The position numbers and the translations under genes are program-made. From an uncultured Candidatus Saccharibacteria bacterium (GTDB lineage Bacteria > Patescibacteriota > Dojkabacteria > J137), in NCBI GenBank assembly GCA_964607415.1, contig CAZSKK010000002.1, positions 9,991 through 73,990 on the forward strand: 64,000 bases of DNA. The letters are read 5' to 3'. The notes under the pieces are model-generated. The model did no database searches. It was given only the letters and a program-made list of their open reading frames with translations, and was not told the origin of the DNA. Positions 29,383 through 41,398 of the stretch are shown piece after piece. Each line of letters opens with the position of its first letter. Within the stretch, counting starts at the first letter, position 1.

Positions 29383-29456
29383 CTCGACAACAGCATAATA
29401 TGCTTTTTCGAGTTGATCCTGAACTTGCTTGCCAGCCTATGCTATGGTTTCAGGAT
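29383..29456. repeat. degenerate relic of the repeat family (second-hairpin copy + ATCCTGAA...TTCAGGAT inverted repeat)
   Basis: CTCGACAACAGCATAATATGCTTT resembles hairpin 2 of copy C; GATCCTGAACTTG shared with 61010-61023. Confidence 0.5.
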
Positions 29457-29497
29457 TGAGATACTCTTGATTCTTAATTTCCCTTGAATCATTCTGT

Positions 29498-30982
29498 TTA
29501 TTTTCTCATCAATAAATCTATTTCATCTGGTTTGTTGCTGATTAATTTTGCTGTATCAAGAGAAATTAATCCCTGCTTAATCATACTTACCAATGATTTC
29601 TCCATTGACATCATTCCAATATCTTGACCTGTTTGAATCATATTGTCAATCTGATAGGTTTTTCCTTCTCGAATTGCATTTTTTACTGCAGGTGTTGCAA
29701 TTAAAATTTCAGTTGCAGCTCTTCTTCCTCCAGATGTTAAAGGTACAAGTCTTTGAGAAACGACAGCTGCAATTACATTGGCAAGTTGTGCCCTAATTTG
29801 TGCCTGCTGAGAGTCTGGAAAAACATCAATAATTCTATCAAGAGTTTGTGAAGCTGAATTTGTATGCAAAGTAGCAAATACAAGATGCCCTGTCTCAGAA
29901 ATAGTAATTGTTGTAGCAATAGTTTCATAATCCCTCATTTCTCCGACAAGTACAACATCCGGATCCTGTCTTAATACTGATCTTAAAGCCTTTTGCCAAC
30001 CAGAAAAATCTATTCCAAATTCTCTCTGGTCAATTAAACCAACACCTGCTGGAAAAACAAATTCAATTGGATCTTCAAGTGTGATTATATGCCTTGGCTG
30101 ATTTAAATTAATATCATTTAAAATTGAAGCTAAAGTTGTAGATTTACCACTCCCTGTTGGTCCAGTTACTAGAACTAAACCATTTGGAAGCTTTCCAAAT
30201 TCCCTTAAAATATTTGGTAGCATCAATTCTTCAGTAGTTAGAATTCTTTCAGGAATTAATCTCATTACAGCAGAATATTGTCCTTTTTGTTTAAAGATAT
30301 TTACTCTGAATCTTCGTGTTTGATATGTATAGCTCAAATCTTCTTGTTCTATGTTCTCAACACTTATATTTTTTCTAGATACCACTAGTTTATTAACGTA
30401 TTCAAACATTTGATCTGGTGTAATTGTCTGGGAATTGATACTTCGTAAGCTTCCATCTACTCTTACAATTGCTCTATATCCAACTGTCAAATGCAAGTCT
30501 GAAGCATTAAGTCTAATTGCTTCTGTGCAAAGTTCATCTAAAGAATAAACCTTCGACTGTAACTCAGTAACATTCAAATTTTCAGCTTGAGATTGCATAC
30601 TACGATTAGGTTCTGAATTATTCTGAGTTTTAACAAGATCTTCTGTAGTTAGTAATGATTGGGTTTCAATATTGGCTGGTTTTGGTGCTTCAACTGGTAG
30701 GGGTGGAAGCTTTGAATTTAAATCCTTTAGTTTTTGTTCCAATTCTGTTGAGACGTCCTTTATCTCATCCTGATTTATTTCTACATTTGAAGGTTTAGAA
30801 ATACTCTTTATTCCTTTTTCATCTGTTGTTACCTTAAAGTCATCCGCCATTTCAATTTGTTTAGGAGATTGAACAGAATCTGTGTCCGAATGAGAAGTAT
30901 ACTGCATAGATAAAGGTGTTTGGCCCGTTGTTGCGCCAGGGGTTCCAGATGCATTTTGATTTGTTATATCTATAATAGGCAT
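29498..30982 (-). CDS. pilT: twitching-motility ATPase PilT with ~130-aa low-complexity N-terminal extension (or start at internal Met, nt 30598)
   Basis: LVLVTGPTGSGKSTT (Walker A), GEMRD, ATLHTNSA motifs; the core begins ASDLHL... about 150 aa into the ORF. Confidence 0.85.
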   Translation of the reverse strand: MPIIDITNQNASGTPGATTGQTPLSMQYTSHSDTDSVQSPKQIEMADDFKVTTDEKGIKSISKPSNVEINQDEIKDVSTELEQKLKDLNSKLPPLPVEAPKPANIETQSLLTTEDLVKTQNNSEPNRSMQSQAENLNVTELQSKVYSLDELCTEAIRLNASDLHLTVGYRAIVRVDGSLRSINSQTITPDQMFEYVNKLVVSRKNISVENIEQEDLSYTYQTRRFRVNIFKQKGQYSAVMRLIPERILTTEELMLPNILREFGKLPNGLVLVTGPTGSGKSTTLASILNDINLNQPRHIITLEDPIEFVFPAGVGLIDQREFGIDFSGWQKALRSVLRQDPDVVLVGEMRDYETIATTITISETGHLVFATLHTNSASQTLDRIIDVFPDSQQAQIRAQLANVIAAVVSQRLVPLTSGGRRAATEILIATPAVKNAIREGKTYQIDNMIQTGQDIGMMSMEKSLVSMIKQGLISLDTAKLISNKPDEIDLLMRK

Positions 30983-31071
30983 TTTCTTAATTTAAAAATT
31001 CGGACACTTAAGTTTAGATCAAATTTTAAATCTATGCAATTTAAGAATAAACTCCTTTTGACTCATTGCCA

Positions 31072-32931
31072 TTATTCATTTTTAACCCTTAGGACTTCTT
31101 CTATCGTTGTTATTCCTTCCAAGGCTTTTATAAACCCATCTTGAATCATTGTAATCATACCTTCTTGAACACCAATTTTTTGGATTTCTGAAATCGCCTT
31201 CTTTTCTATAACTGCTTTTGATATATTTTCAGACATTTTCATAGCTTCAAAAATTCCAGTTCTACTAATATAACCAGAATCATTACATTTAGGGCAACCA
31301 ACTGCCTTATAAAGCGTGAGATTTTGACTATTTTTATCAAAATGTAACTTAAGACTCTTATCTTCATTTAATAAGTTAAATCCACCAAGTAAGTCTAGTT
31401 CTTCGTGAATTTTATCTGAAATTTCTTTTGGGGCTGCATAAGGTTCCTTGCATTCACAAAGAACTCTAACAAGCCTTTGAGCTACAACGATATTAACTGT
31501 AGAAGAGAGTAGGAATGGTTCAACTCCCATATCTATTAACCTTGGGAACGCTCCTGCTGAGCTATTTGTGTGAATTGTAGAAAGTACAAGCCTTCCCACA
31601 AGAGCAGCTTGAATTGCAAGATTTGCTGTTTCTGAATCTCTTACCTCTCCAACCATAATAACATCTGGGTCCTGTCTTAAAATCGACCTTAAGCCTGAAG
31701 CAAAAGTTAACCCAACTTCGGAATTTACTTGTACAGCATTAACTCCATCTAATTTTATCTCCACAGGATCTTCAAGTGTAATAATGTTAACTTCGGATGA
31801 ATTTAAAATCTTTAAGCAAGAAGCAAGTGTTTGGGTTTTACCACTACCTGTTGGGCCAGTAACTAAAATTACACCTTGCGTCTTACTCAAGGCATCTTTT
31901 AATCTTGTAAAGCTAACACCCCTAATACCAAGATCCTCAAGGTCTTTTATTCCTTGAGTTTTTTCAAGAAGTCTCATTACTATTTTTTCTCCATGGATTG
32001 CAGGAAGCACTGAAACTCTAACATCCAAAAGAGCAGAAGAACTTTTTACCTGAAAACGACCGTCCTGAGGAATTCTATGTTCATCAATTTTTAAATTCGA
32101 AAGTATTTTAATTCGAGTAACAACAGACGAAAGTAATTTTTTTGGTAAAGTAAGTTTTTCATATAAAATTCCCCTTATTCTAAACCTAACAACAATTCTG
32201 TTTTCTTGCGGTTCAATATGAATATCTGAGGCCTTATTCTTAATTCCATAATCCAAAATCATATTGATAATTCTAATCATTGGGGCTTCTTCTACATTAT
32301 CAATTTTACTTTCAGTATAAGAATTAATATCCAAAGATCCTTCCCCTACATCCTCTAAAGCCAAATCTACATCTTCGCCTAATTGTGCTCCATATTTAGT
32401 ATCAATAATCTGAATAATATCGTCATAACTGGCATAGTATGGTTCTATTGTTTTTTTTAAAATTGATTCAAGATATTTAATTTTTTGAAGATCTAGAGGA
32501 TCCAGCAATGCAACTTTAAATCTATTTGGCGTTTCTTCAAAAACAATAGCCATATTGTTTTTAGCAGTCTCGGCGTTAATCTTGTTTAAAGTCTCAAATT
32601 TAAGATCTATTGCTTTAAGATCTATAAAATCCAAGCCTTTCATTTCGGCAAAAGTTCTCGCAATAGCATCTGCAGATATTATTTTATGGTCTCTTAGCAA
32701 AGCCTCTTGTGACTTTCCTGAATTTATTGACTCAAACTTTATTGAATTATATTGATCAATTGTTATTAACCCTTTAGCCAAAAGAGCATCCAATATATTA
32801 TTTAATCCTTTTACATCTGTTTTTTGAACTCCAGATGTCACTTGCGCTTTAGGATCAGAGCTCAAAAGCTGCCTGGTTTTTTCCACCAGACTTGCTTGAT
32901 TACTTGTAGGAGGGTTGGAATTTTGATTCAT
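31072..32931 (-). CDS. pilB: type IV pilus assembly ATPase PilB (GspE family)
   Basis: N-terminal GSPII_E_N, VLVTGPTGSGKTQTL, tetracysteine CECK...CPKC zinc motif. Confidence 0.9.
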   Translation of the reverse strand: MNQNSNPPTSNQASLVEKTRQLLSSDPKAQVTSGVQKTDVKGLNNILDALLAKGLITIDQYNSIKFESINSGKSQEALLRDHKIISADAIARTFAEMKGLDFIDLKAIDLKFETLNKINAETAKNNMAIVFEETPNRFKVALLDPLDLQKIKYLESILKKTIEPYYASYDDIIQIIDTKYGAQLGEDVDLALEDVGEGSLDINSYTESKIDNVEEAPMIRIINMILDYGIKNKASDIHIEPQENRIVVRFRIRGILYEKLTLPKKLLSSVVTRIKILSNLKIDEHRIPQDGRFQVKSSSALLDVRVSVLPAIHGEKIVMRLLEKTQGIKDLEDLGIRGVSFTRLKDALSKTQGVILVTGPTGSGKTQTLASCLKILNSSEVNIITLEDPVEIKLDGVNAVQVNSEVGLTFASGLRSILRQDPDVIMVGEVRDSETANLAIQAALVGRLVLSTIHTNSSAGAFPRLIDMGVEPFLLSSTVNIVVAQRLVRVLCECKEPYAAPKEISDKIHEELDLLGGFNLLNEDKSLKLHFDKNSQNLTLYKAVGCPKCNDSGYISRTGIFEAMKMSENISKAVIEKKAISEIQKIGVQEGMITMIQDGFIKALEGITTIEEVLRVKNE

Positions 32932-33059
32932 ATCCTATACTATTTATTAGATAGTAAGATTTTACTTAATTAAATATAATTAGTAGGCTAGTATTATCTT
33001 TTAAAGATTAAACATAGCTAATCTAGCTAAGATACATTATATATTCAATTCGGTCAAAA

Positions 33060-33713
33060 ATGAAATACCAATCTGTAATATTCTTTCATGGAGATAAAGA
33101 GCCTACAACAAAAGAGATCATAGAAACTGTAGCCGAAAAATTTCATGAAACATTAGATAATTTTGATAAATTTAATCAAATAGAAATTTTCACGGAAGAC
33201 AATAAGCTTGGAATTTCCGATGTAAGGTCAATTAACGAATGGAACGCTATGAAAACTGAAGATAAGATTAAGTTAAGCTTAATTAGACAAGCTGAGAAGT
33301 TAACTGTTGAAGCTCAAAATGCTATTTTAAAAGTAGTAGAAGAACCCAATGAAAATACGTTAATAGTTTTATCTACTAATAATATTGACTCTCTTCTAGA
33401 AACAGTTAAGTCAAGATGCTTAATCATTACTTTTAAACAAAAAGAAAATAATAATGAAAACTCTGAACTTGTAAATACCTTCCTGAACTCAGACTTTCTG
33501 CAAAGGTCAGTAATCTTAGAAAACCTGGCAAGAGAAAATAGAGCAGTAATAAAAGACTTTTTATACATTCTAATAAAAAAAACAGTTGAGAATGATGGCC
33601 ACAACACCAAACTAGTTGAAACAATCAAAGCTTCTTACATTGGAATTGAAATGAGCACCAATACAAAGCTTAGTCTGGATGTAATAAATATTGCCCTTTT
33701 AGAAAAAGAATAG
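33060..33713 (+). CDS. holB: DNA polymerase III delta'-like subunit (HolB-like, P-loop degenerate)
   Basis: AQNAILKVVEEPNENTLIVLSTN...LETVKSRC aligns to the HolB sensor/SRC region. Confidence 0.6.
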   Translation: MKYQSVIFFHGDKEPTTKEIIETVAEKFHETLDNFDKFNQIEIFTEDNKLGISDVRSINEWNAMKTEDKIKLSLIRQAEKLTVEAQNAILKVVEEPNENTLIVLSTNNIDSLLETVKSRCLIITFKQKENNNENSELVNTFLNSDFLQRSVILENLARENRAVIKDFLYILIKKTVENDGHNTKLVETIKASYIGIEMSTNTKLSLDVINIALLEKE

Positions 33714-33835
33714 TATCCTTAAGTAAGTTTATAGTCTTCAGTTAACAGTTATTAAGACTTTATTAACAATATTATAAAGCTTTAACTGAAATTTAGATAA
33801 TCTTAAAACTTATTACTTATTACTTAAAACTTTAT

Positions 33836-34348
33836 ATGAAGAAATTATCCTTTTTAGTTTATGCCTGGGGTACAACAATTTTATTCGCTGGGCTTATTTA
33901 TTGGCTTGCAACAATTCCAAATCTGGATGCAGGAGATGAAGTAACTGATGAACTTGTAAAAGTTATTTTCAAAATGACTTTGTATTCAATTCTTTTTATC
34001 TTGGTTTACAGATCAATAATAATAACGTTAAAAAGTACAGTGACACGACTTGCATCATGGAGATCTAAAAAGGAAAAGACTGAAGATGCTGAATTTGTTT
34101 TAATAATAGAAACTTTAGTAGTAATTATTACAGCACTTGGAACAACATTATTTTCAATTTTTGAGGAATACGTACAGAATTTTGTAGATGGAAGAACTGC
34201 TGATGTCAAAGATGTTTTAATAAGTGTTATGGCAATTCTATTAACCTCAATTGTAGTTTACAGTGTTCCTGTAATTGGAGAGTTAGAATATGCTATTAGA
34301 CATAGTCTACAGAGATCTTCTAAAAAAGATTCTACTGATAAAACCTAA
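33836..34348 (+). CDS. VanZ-like family membrane protein
   Basis: 4 TM helices; GRTADVKDVLISVMAILL resembles the VanZ R..D...N motif. Confidence 0.4.
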   Translation: MKKLSFLVYAWGTTILFAGLIYWLATIPNLDAGDEVTDELVKVIFKMTLYSILFILVYRSIIITLKSTVTRLASWRSKKEKTEDAEFVLIIETLVVIITALGTTLFSIFEEYVQNFVDGRTADVKDVLISVMAILLTSIVVYSVPVIGELEYAIRHSLQRSSKKDSTDKT

Positions 34349-34476
34349 TTCATTTGGAGCTTAAAGTGCCATGTGATTTAGCGATTGAGTGGTAGATGAA
34401 TACTTTCATTTTTCCCAAATTCAGTGTAAAATCATATGCGCTCGAATATAACTATTCACTACAGGATGGATTCTAA

Positions 34477-36423
<1,947 letters not shown>

Positions 36424-36464
36424 AAATATTTAAATCAATAAACATAATTAAATTTTAATTCTTG

Positions 36465-36500
36465 CTTTATGATTCATAACTGCTTTTTATGAATCATAAG
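36465..36500. repeat. 13-bp inverted repeat TTATGATTCATAA...TTATGAATCATAA in the gyrB-gyrA spacer
   Basis: Seen directly; related to the TGATTCA/TGAATC motifs near rpsB-tsf and rpmE. Confidence 0.5.
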
Positions 36501-36511
36501 TCTAAAAATCT

Positions 36512-39190
36512 ATGGCTGACAACGATAACACTAAACCAAAAGAACAACCAATAGATACAGAAAAAAAAGTAGAACAAACTACCTTAAATTCTGTAGCTAT
36601 CAATGACAACGTAACTTCACAAAATATTGTAGATGAAATGAAGAAAAGTTACATTGACTATGCAATGAGTGTTATTGTTGCAAGAGCACTACCCGATGTA
36701 CGTGATGGCTTGAAACCTGTTCAAAGAAGAATTTTATATGCTATGTACAAAATGGGTATTACTCCCGGATCTTCCTATAAGAAAGTTGCAAGAATCTCAG
36801 GGGAAGTTATGGGTAAATATCACCCTCATGGAGACGCTTCAATCAATGATGCATTAGTAAGGTTAGCTCAAGACTTTAACATGAGATACCCGCTAATAGA
36901 CGGACAAGGAAACTTTGGGTCCGTTGATGGCGATCCTGCGGCTGCTGCAAGATATATTGAAGCAAGATTAGATAAGAATGGTGCCAAAATGCTTGAGGAA
37001 ATAGATAAAATGACTGTTGATTTTGGACCCAACTATGATGGTAACGAGATTGAACCCAAAGTATTACCAACTATTCTACCAACACTTCTTTTAAACGGTA
37101 GTGAAGGAATTGCTGTCGGAATGGCAACTAAAATTCCTCCACATAGTCTCTCTGAAGTTATTGACGCTACAGTAAAATTAATTGATTCGGGCAACAAATG
37201 GAATTTTGATGAAATAAAAAAGCTTAACCTTGATTACGAAAAAGATTTACGAACAGTTGCAGATATTCAGAATTTACCTGCTGGCAGATACCACAAGTTT
37301 GAATCTGAATTAACGATTTCGGACATTTTAACCGAGCTTAAAGGCCCAGATTTCCCTACTGCAGCAGAATTCTACTATTCGGATGAGGTTAAAGAAGTTT
37401 ATGAGACAGGAAGGGGAAGAATTGTAATGAGAGGTGTTTCTAAAATAGAAGAAGTTAAGGGAGGTAGATTCAGAATTGTAATTACGGAAATCCCTTATCA
37501 GGTAAATAAGGCAAGCCTGATTGTAAAAATTGCTCAATTATATAAAGATAAGAAAATAGAAGGAATATCAGATATTAGAGATGAGTCCAACAATAGAGAA
37601 GGTATTAGAATTGTAATTGATCTTAAAAAAGACGCAAAACCAAAAACTGTACAGAATCAACTTTATAAGTATACTGAACTTCAAAAAGCATTTAATGCTA
37701 ACATGTTAGCTTTAGTCAATGGAGAACCTAAACTTCTAAACTTAAAAGAAATTCTTCAATATTTCATAATTCATAGACAAGAAATTTTAATAAGAAGAAA
37801 CGAATTTGAACTCGGGAAATTAAGAGAAAGGGAGCACATTCTACAAGGTTTGATGATTGCTCTTGATAATATCGATGAAATTATAAGTACAATTAGAAAT
37901 TCTAAAGATGCAGAAACTGCAAAAACCGCTTTAATGGCTAAATTTAAGCTTTCTGACATTCAATCTCAAGCTATTTTAGACATGCAATTAAGAAAACTTG
38001 CAGCACTAGAAAGGCAAAAGATCGAAGAAGAATATAAACAAGTACAGCAAAGTATTAAAGATACATTAGCTTTATTGACCTCACCAGAGAAAATATTAAG
38101 TGCAATTAAAACAGAACTATTAGAAGTTAAGGAAAAGTTTGGAGATGGTAGAAAAACTAAGATAATAAACGGTAAACCAGGCGAAATCAATGAAGAGGAC
38201 TTGATACCCAAAGAAGAGACTTTCGTAACAATTAGCGAACAAGGTTATGTTAAAAGAGTTAAGAATGATTCTTATCAATCGCAAAAAAGAGGAGGAGTGG
38301 GCAAAAAAGCTATGACTACGAAAGAAGATGATGCTGTAAGACACGTATTTAACTGTAATACTCATGATGAAGTCATGTTCTTTTCTAACAAGGGAAAAGT
38401 TTATGCACTAAAGGTTTACGAGATTCCTGAATATTCAAGGGTCGCTAAAGGACTACCTTTGGTAAATTTAATCAATATCGAGCCTGATGAACTAATAACA
38501 AGCGTTTTAACAAGAAGCGCAGATGGCTACATACTTGATGAAGATACAACTCAGGAAGGAGAGCAAAAGACAGAAAATAAAGGCTCAAAATACAAATTTT
38601 TATTTATGGCTACAAAACTAGGGGTTGTTAAGAAAACTGAGATTGAGTTATTCGATAATATTAGATCCAACGGACTTATTGCAATTAACTTAGACCAAGG
38701 TGATGAGCTTGTATGGGTTAAACCTACAACAGGATCTAATACAGTTATTTTAATTACCAAAGGTGCCAAATCAATCCACTTCAAAGAAGAAGATGTTAGA
38801 GAAACTGGTAGAGCTTCCCGAGGAGTTAGAGGTATTAAATTAAAAGCTGATGATATAGTTATTTCTATGGATGTTATCAGAAAACTTGAAGATTTTATGC
38901 TAACAATTTCCGAGAAAGGATTTGGGAAACTTACTGTTTTAGATAACTTTACAATCCAAAATAGAGGTGGTTCTGGTATTTTTGCAGCAAAAGTTGGAGA
39001 AAGAACTGGAAAACTTGCTATCGCAAGAGTTTTAGACCATCCACAAAAAGAACTTTTAATCCTAAGCGCCTTAGGAATTGGTGTTAAAATTCCAACAAAC
39101 GACTTACCTGTTCAAGGTAGACAAACATCAGGTGTGCGTTTAATGAAAGTTAAACAGGATGATAAAGTTGCAGCTATTGCAGTTGTATAA
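36512..39190 (+). CDS. gyrA: DNA gyrase subunit A
   Basis: YAMSVIVARALPDVRDGLKPVQRRILY, the active-site AARYIEARL, C-terminal beta-pinwheel. Confidence 0.95.
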   Translation: MADNDNTKPKEQPIDTEKKVEQTTLNSVAINDNVTSQNIVDEMKKSYIDYAMSVIVARALPDVRDGLKPVQRRILYAMYKMGITPGSSYKKVARISGEVMGKYHPHGDASINDALVRLAQDFNMRYPLIDGQGNFGSVDGDPAAAARYIEARLDKNGAKMLEEIDKMTVDFGPNYDGNEIEPKVLPTILPTLLLNGSEGIAVGMATKIPPHSLSEVIDATVKLIDSGNKWNFDEIKKLNLDYEKDLRTVADIQNLPAGRYHKFESELTISDILTELKGPDFPTAAEFYYSDEVKEVYETGRGRIVMRGVSKIEEVKGGRFRIVITEIPYQVNKASLIVKIAQLYKDKKIEGISDIRDESNNREGIRIVIDLKKDAKPKTVQNQLYKYTELQKAFNANMLALVNGEPKLLNLKEILQYFIIHRQEILIRRNEFELGKLREREHILQGLMIALDNIDEIISTIRNSKDAETAKTALMAKFKLSDIQSQAILDMQLRKLAALERQKIEEEYKQVQQSIKDTLALLTSPEKILSAIKTELLEVKEKFGDGRKTKIINGKPGEINEEDLIPKEETFVTISEQGYVKRVKNDSYQSQKRGGVGKKAMTTKEDDAVRHVFNCNTHDEVMFFSNKGKVYALKVYEIPEYSRVAKGLPLVNLINIEPDELITSVLTRSADGYILDEDTTQEGEQKTENKGSKYKFLFMATKLGVVKKTEIELFDNIRSNGLIAINLDQGDELVWVKPTTGSNTVILITKGAKSIHFKEEDVRETGRASRGVRGIKLKADDIVISMDVIRKLEDFMLTISEKGFGKLTVLDNFTIQNRGGSGIFAAKVGERTGKLAIARVLDHPQKELLILSALGIGVKIPTNDLPVQGRQTSGVRLMKVKQDDKVAAIAVV

Positions 39191-39262
39191 ATAAGTGTTA
39201 AAATTCATCACCCTATTATAATTTTAAGCTTTTAAAGTGATAAATTACTTATTACTTTATTT

Positions 39263-39739
39263 TTGCATATGGGTGATAATAATAACTTTGGTGATGGCAC
39301 TAATAGTGAAATTTTCGCTGACATAACGCCAACTTCTGTATCTGAAGATATAGCTAAGTTCATTGATACACTAAAATCAAATCTTGAGTCATCTAAATAC
39401 TCTGATACAGCTATTCAAGAATCAATAAACAGTATTCAACAAGGAATAAAGGCTCAGTTACTTGAGCTTTCGAAAATAAATGAGGCTTCAGCTTACACCT
39501 CAGAAATCATATCTGCATTTAGTAAAGATGGTGAAGATTTGAAGGTTTACATTTATAATGGAAGACTTCCGCAAATTTGTTCCATACAACGTGCAAGAAA
39601 ACTTCTACTTAATAGTGAGTTTTACACAATGAGCTTAGATTGGGAAATTCTACCCACTGTAAACCAGTATTGTTGTAATATTTACTTTCTAAACTTATTA
39701 GGCTACAACTTAACGGAATATTTAAGAAAAAAAGGATAA
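39263..39739 (+). CDS. hypothetical protein (158 aa)
   Basis: ORF only; no family recognised. Confidence 0.4.
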   Translation: MHMGDNNNFGDGTNSEIFADITPTSVSEDIAKFIDTLKSNLESSKYSDTAIQESINSIQQGIKAQLLELSKINEASAYTSEIISAFSKDGEDLKVYIYNGRLPQICSIQRARKLLLNSEFYTMSLDWEILPTVNQYCCNIYFLNLLGYNLTEYLRKKG

Positions 39740-40206
39740 ACTTTCAATATAAAAGTAAACAACTTCACAAATTGAATGGTAAAAAAGCTAAAAATCACCC
39801 TTTTCTATCCATAAACCGCTCAAATGTCCTATAGCAGGCCATTTTAGGCCGTAACGCTCTGAAATGAGCTAGAAGGGCATAGTTTTCCAAAAGCCGAGTA
39901 ACTTATCATCTAAAAATAGAGTAAAAAGTGAAAATTTTGAAAAAACTCAAAAAAGTAGTTTAAAAATAAAAATTTAAAAATTGTAAACTAATTTGAAATA
40001 GTAGTTAAGTGTGTAAGAATAGAGAAGTATAATTAGGTTTATAAAATACTATGATTTTTAAGTTCCCTTCTCTTCAATTTAACGCTTTACTAAATATAAG
40101 AGATATTATACTCAGTAAAAACATGCTAAAAAGATGCGATTTTAAATAGCCCCAACTACTCTATGTTTAAAAGTTTTTAATAAAAACTTAATATTATTCT
40201 GCTATT

Positions 40207-41364
40207 CTAGAAGACTAAACCATTAATACCCCATACACTATTGGAAACGAGTAGAATAGAAATAAGAAGAATTAGAAGGCTATACTCTAACCACACATAC
40301 TTTGTAAGATTTGTTCGCATTTCAAGGCTCATACTTAAAAGTACGTAATAAATCACTGCAGTTGATAAGATAGCATACACATAATTTACCGGCCAAACTG
40401 AGAATATAACTACAGCGAGCCCCATTAGGAAATAGATGTTTAATGACCTAGTTAGTACCTGTTGCAAGCTTATTTCCTTCAAGAACCAAATGCATGAGTA
40501 TGATAAGTAGAAAATAATCCCCGAAATAAAAATCAACCTAACTAGGAAGTCTAATTCTGATCCATAAACAAAAATCAAGGTTAAGTAAGTAGTTATTAAC
40601 GAAAATATAAACTGAGATGCTTTCGCAGCCTGCTCTAAAGGGATTTTCACGTATACAGATGTATTTAAAATATTTACAGTCAATAAGATTAAATAGACGC
40701 CTACTCCATAAGCAAGTGCAACACCCATAGAAAAAATAAACTTATTAGCCGTTGTATTAACACTTAAAAGCAAAGATAGCGTTAATGATAAAAGAGGCAT
40801 TGCTGCAACAGAAGGGAATACTCCTATAGTAAAGAATGTTATCTTTTTCAATTTAAAAAATAAAGTCCACAATGTCCCTAAAAGCAAGAACATTGAGCTT
40901 AAAATTAAATTTACTGCTATAAACCCATTAGAGTTATCCACATTCTCATTTATATTGGCTTTAAAAGAATTTATTTCAATATTAGGAATCGCATCAAATT
41001 CTACTCCACTCGATTTATTAGATGAATCATCTTCAGCATAAAATTTCACTCTGTACTCTACCCCATTCTCAAGGCCAGTAAGTAAAAATGCCGTTTCTTT
41101 TGTAAAGTATTCATTTACCTTATTCCCTGCCCTAAAAAGCTGTATTCTATATCCTTTAATATCAAATTCTTTATTGGCACTCCAGGAAAGATCTATCTCA
41201 CTTGATTTTTGAATAACCTCGATATTACTTACTTTTTTAGGACTAGTAATAATTTCATAAGTCCAGGTGCTTATAGGACTAATTGAAAAGAATAGAATGA
41301 TTGGAAGGACAAAACTTACCAACATCGCTCTCTGTCTTGTATTTAAATTCTTAAGAAATCTCAT
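40207..41364 (-). CDS. hypothetical membrane protein: N-terminal FN3/Ig-like ectodomain + ~7 TM helices
   Basis: TM signal anchor, beta-rich domain (WSANKEFDIKGYRIQLF...VEYRVKFYAED), then a polytopic hydrophobic body. Confidence 0.5.
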   Translation of the reverse strand: MRFLKNLNTRQRAMLVSFVLPIILFFSISPISTWTYEIITSPKKVSNIEVIQKSSEIDLSWSANKEFDIKGYRIQLFRAGNKVNEYFTKETAFLLTGLENGVEYRVKFYAEDDSSNKSSGVEFDAIPNIEINSFKANINENVDNSNGFIAVNLILSSMFLLLGTLWTLFFKLKKITFFTIGVFPSVAAMPLLSLTLSLLLSVNTTANKFIFSMGVALAYGVGVYLILLTVNILNTSVYVKIPLEQAAKASQFIFSLITTYLTLIFVYGSELDFLVRLIFISGIIFYLSYSCIWFLKEISLQQVLTRSLNIYFLMGLAVVIFSVWPVNYVYAILSTAVIYYVLLSMSLEMRTNLTKYVWLEYSLLILLISILLVSNSVWGINGLVF

Positions 41365-41398
41365 TATTTAATGTAAGTAATTGATAATTTATAAATTA

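Noticed and set aside
39740-40206. Possibility that the long gap encodes tmRNA, RNase P RNA or SRP RNA.
   Set aside because: None of the universally conserved motifs are present on either strand (GGAAAGUCCGG, the tRNA-like GGUUCGAnUCC...CCA end, AGGAAGCAGCC).
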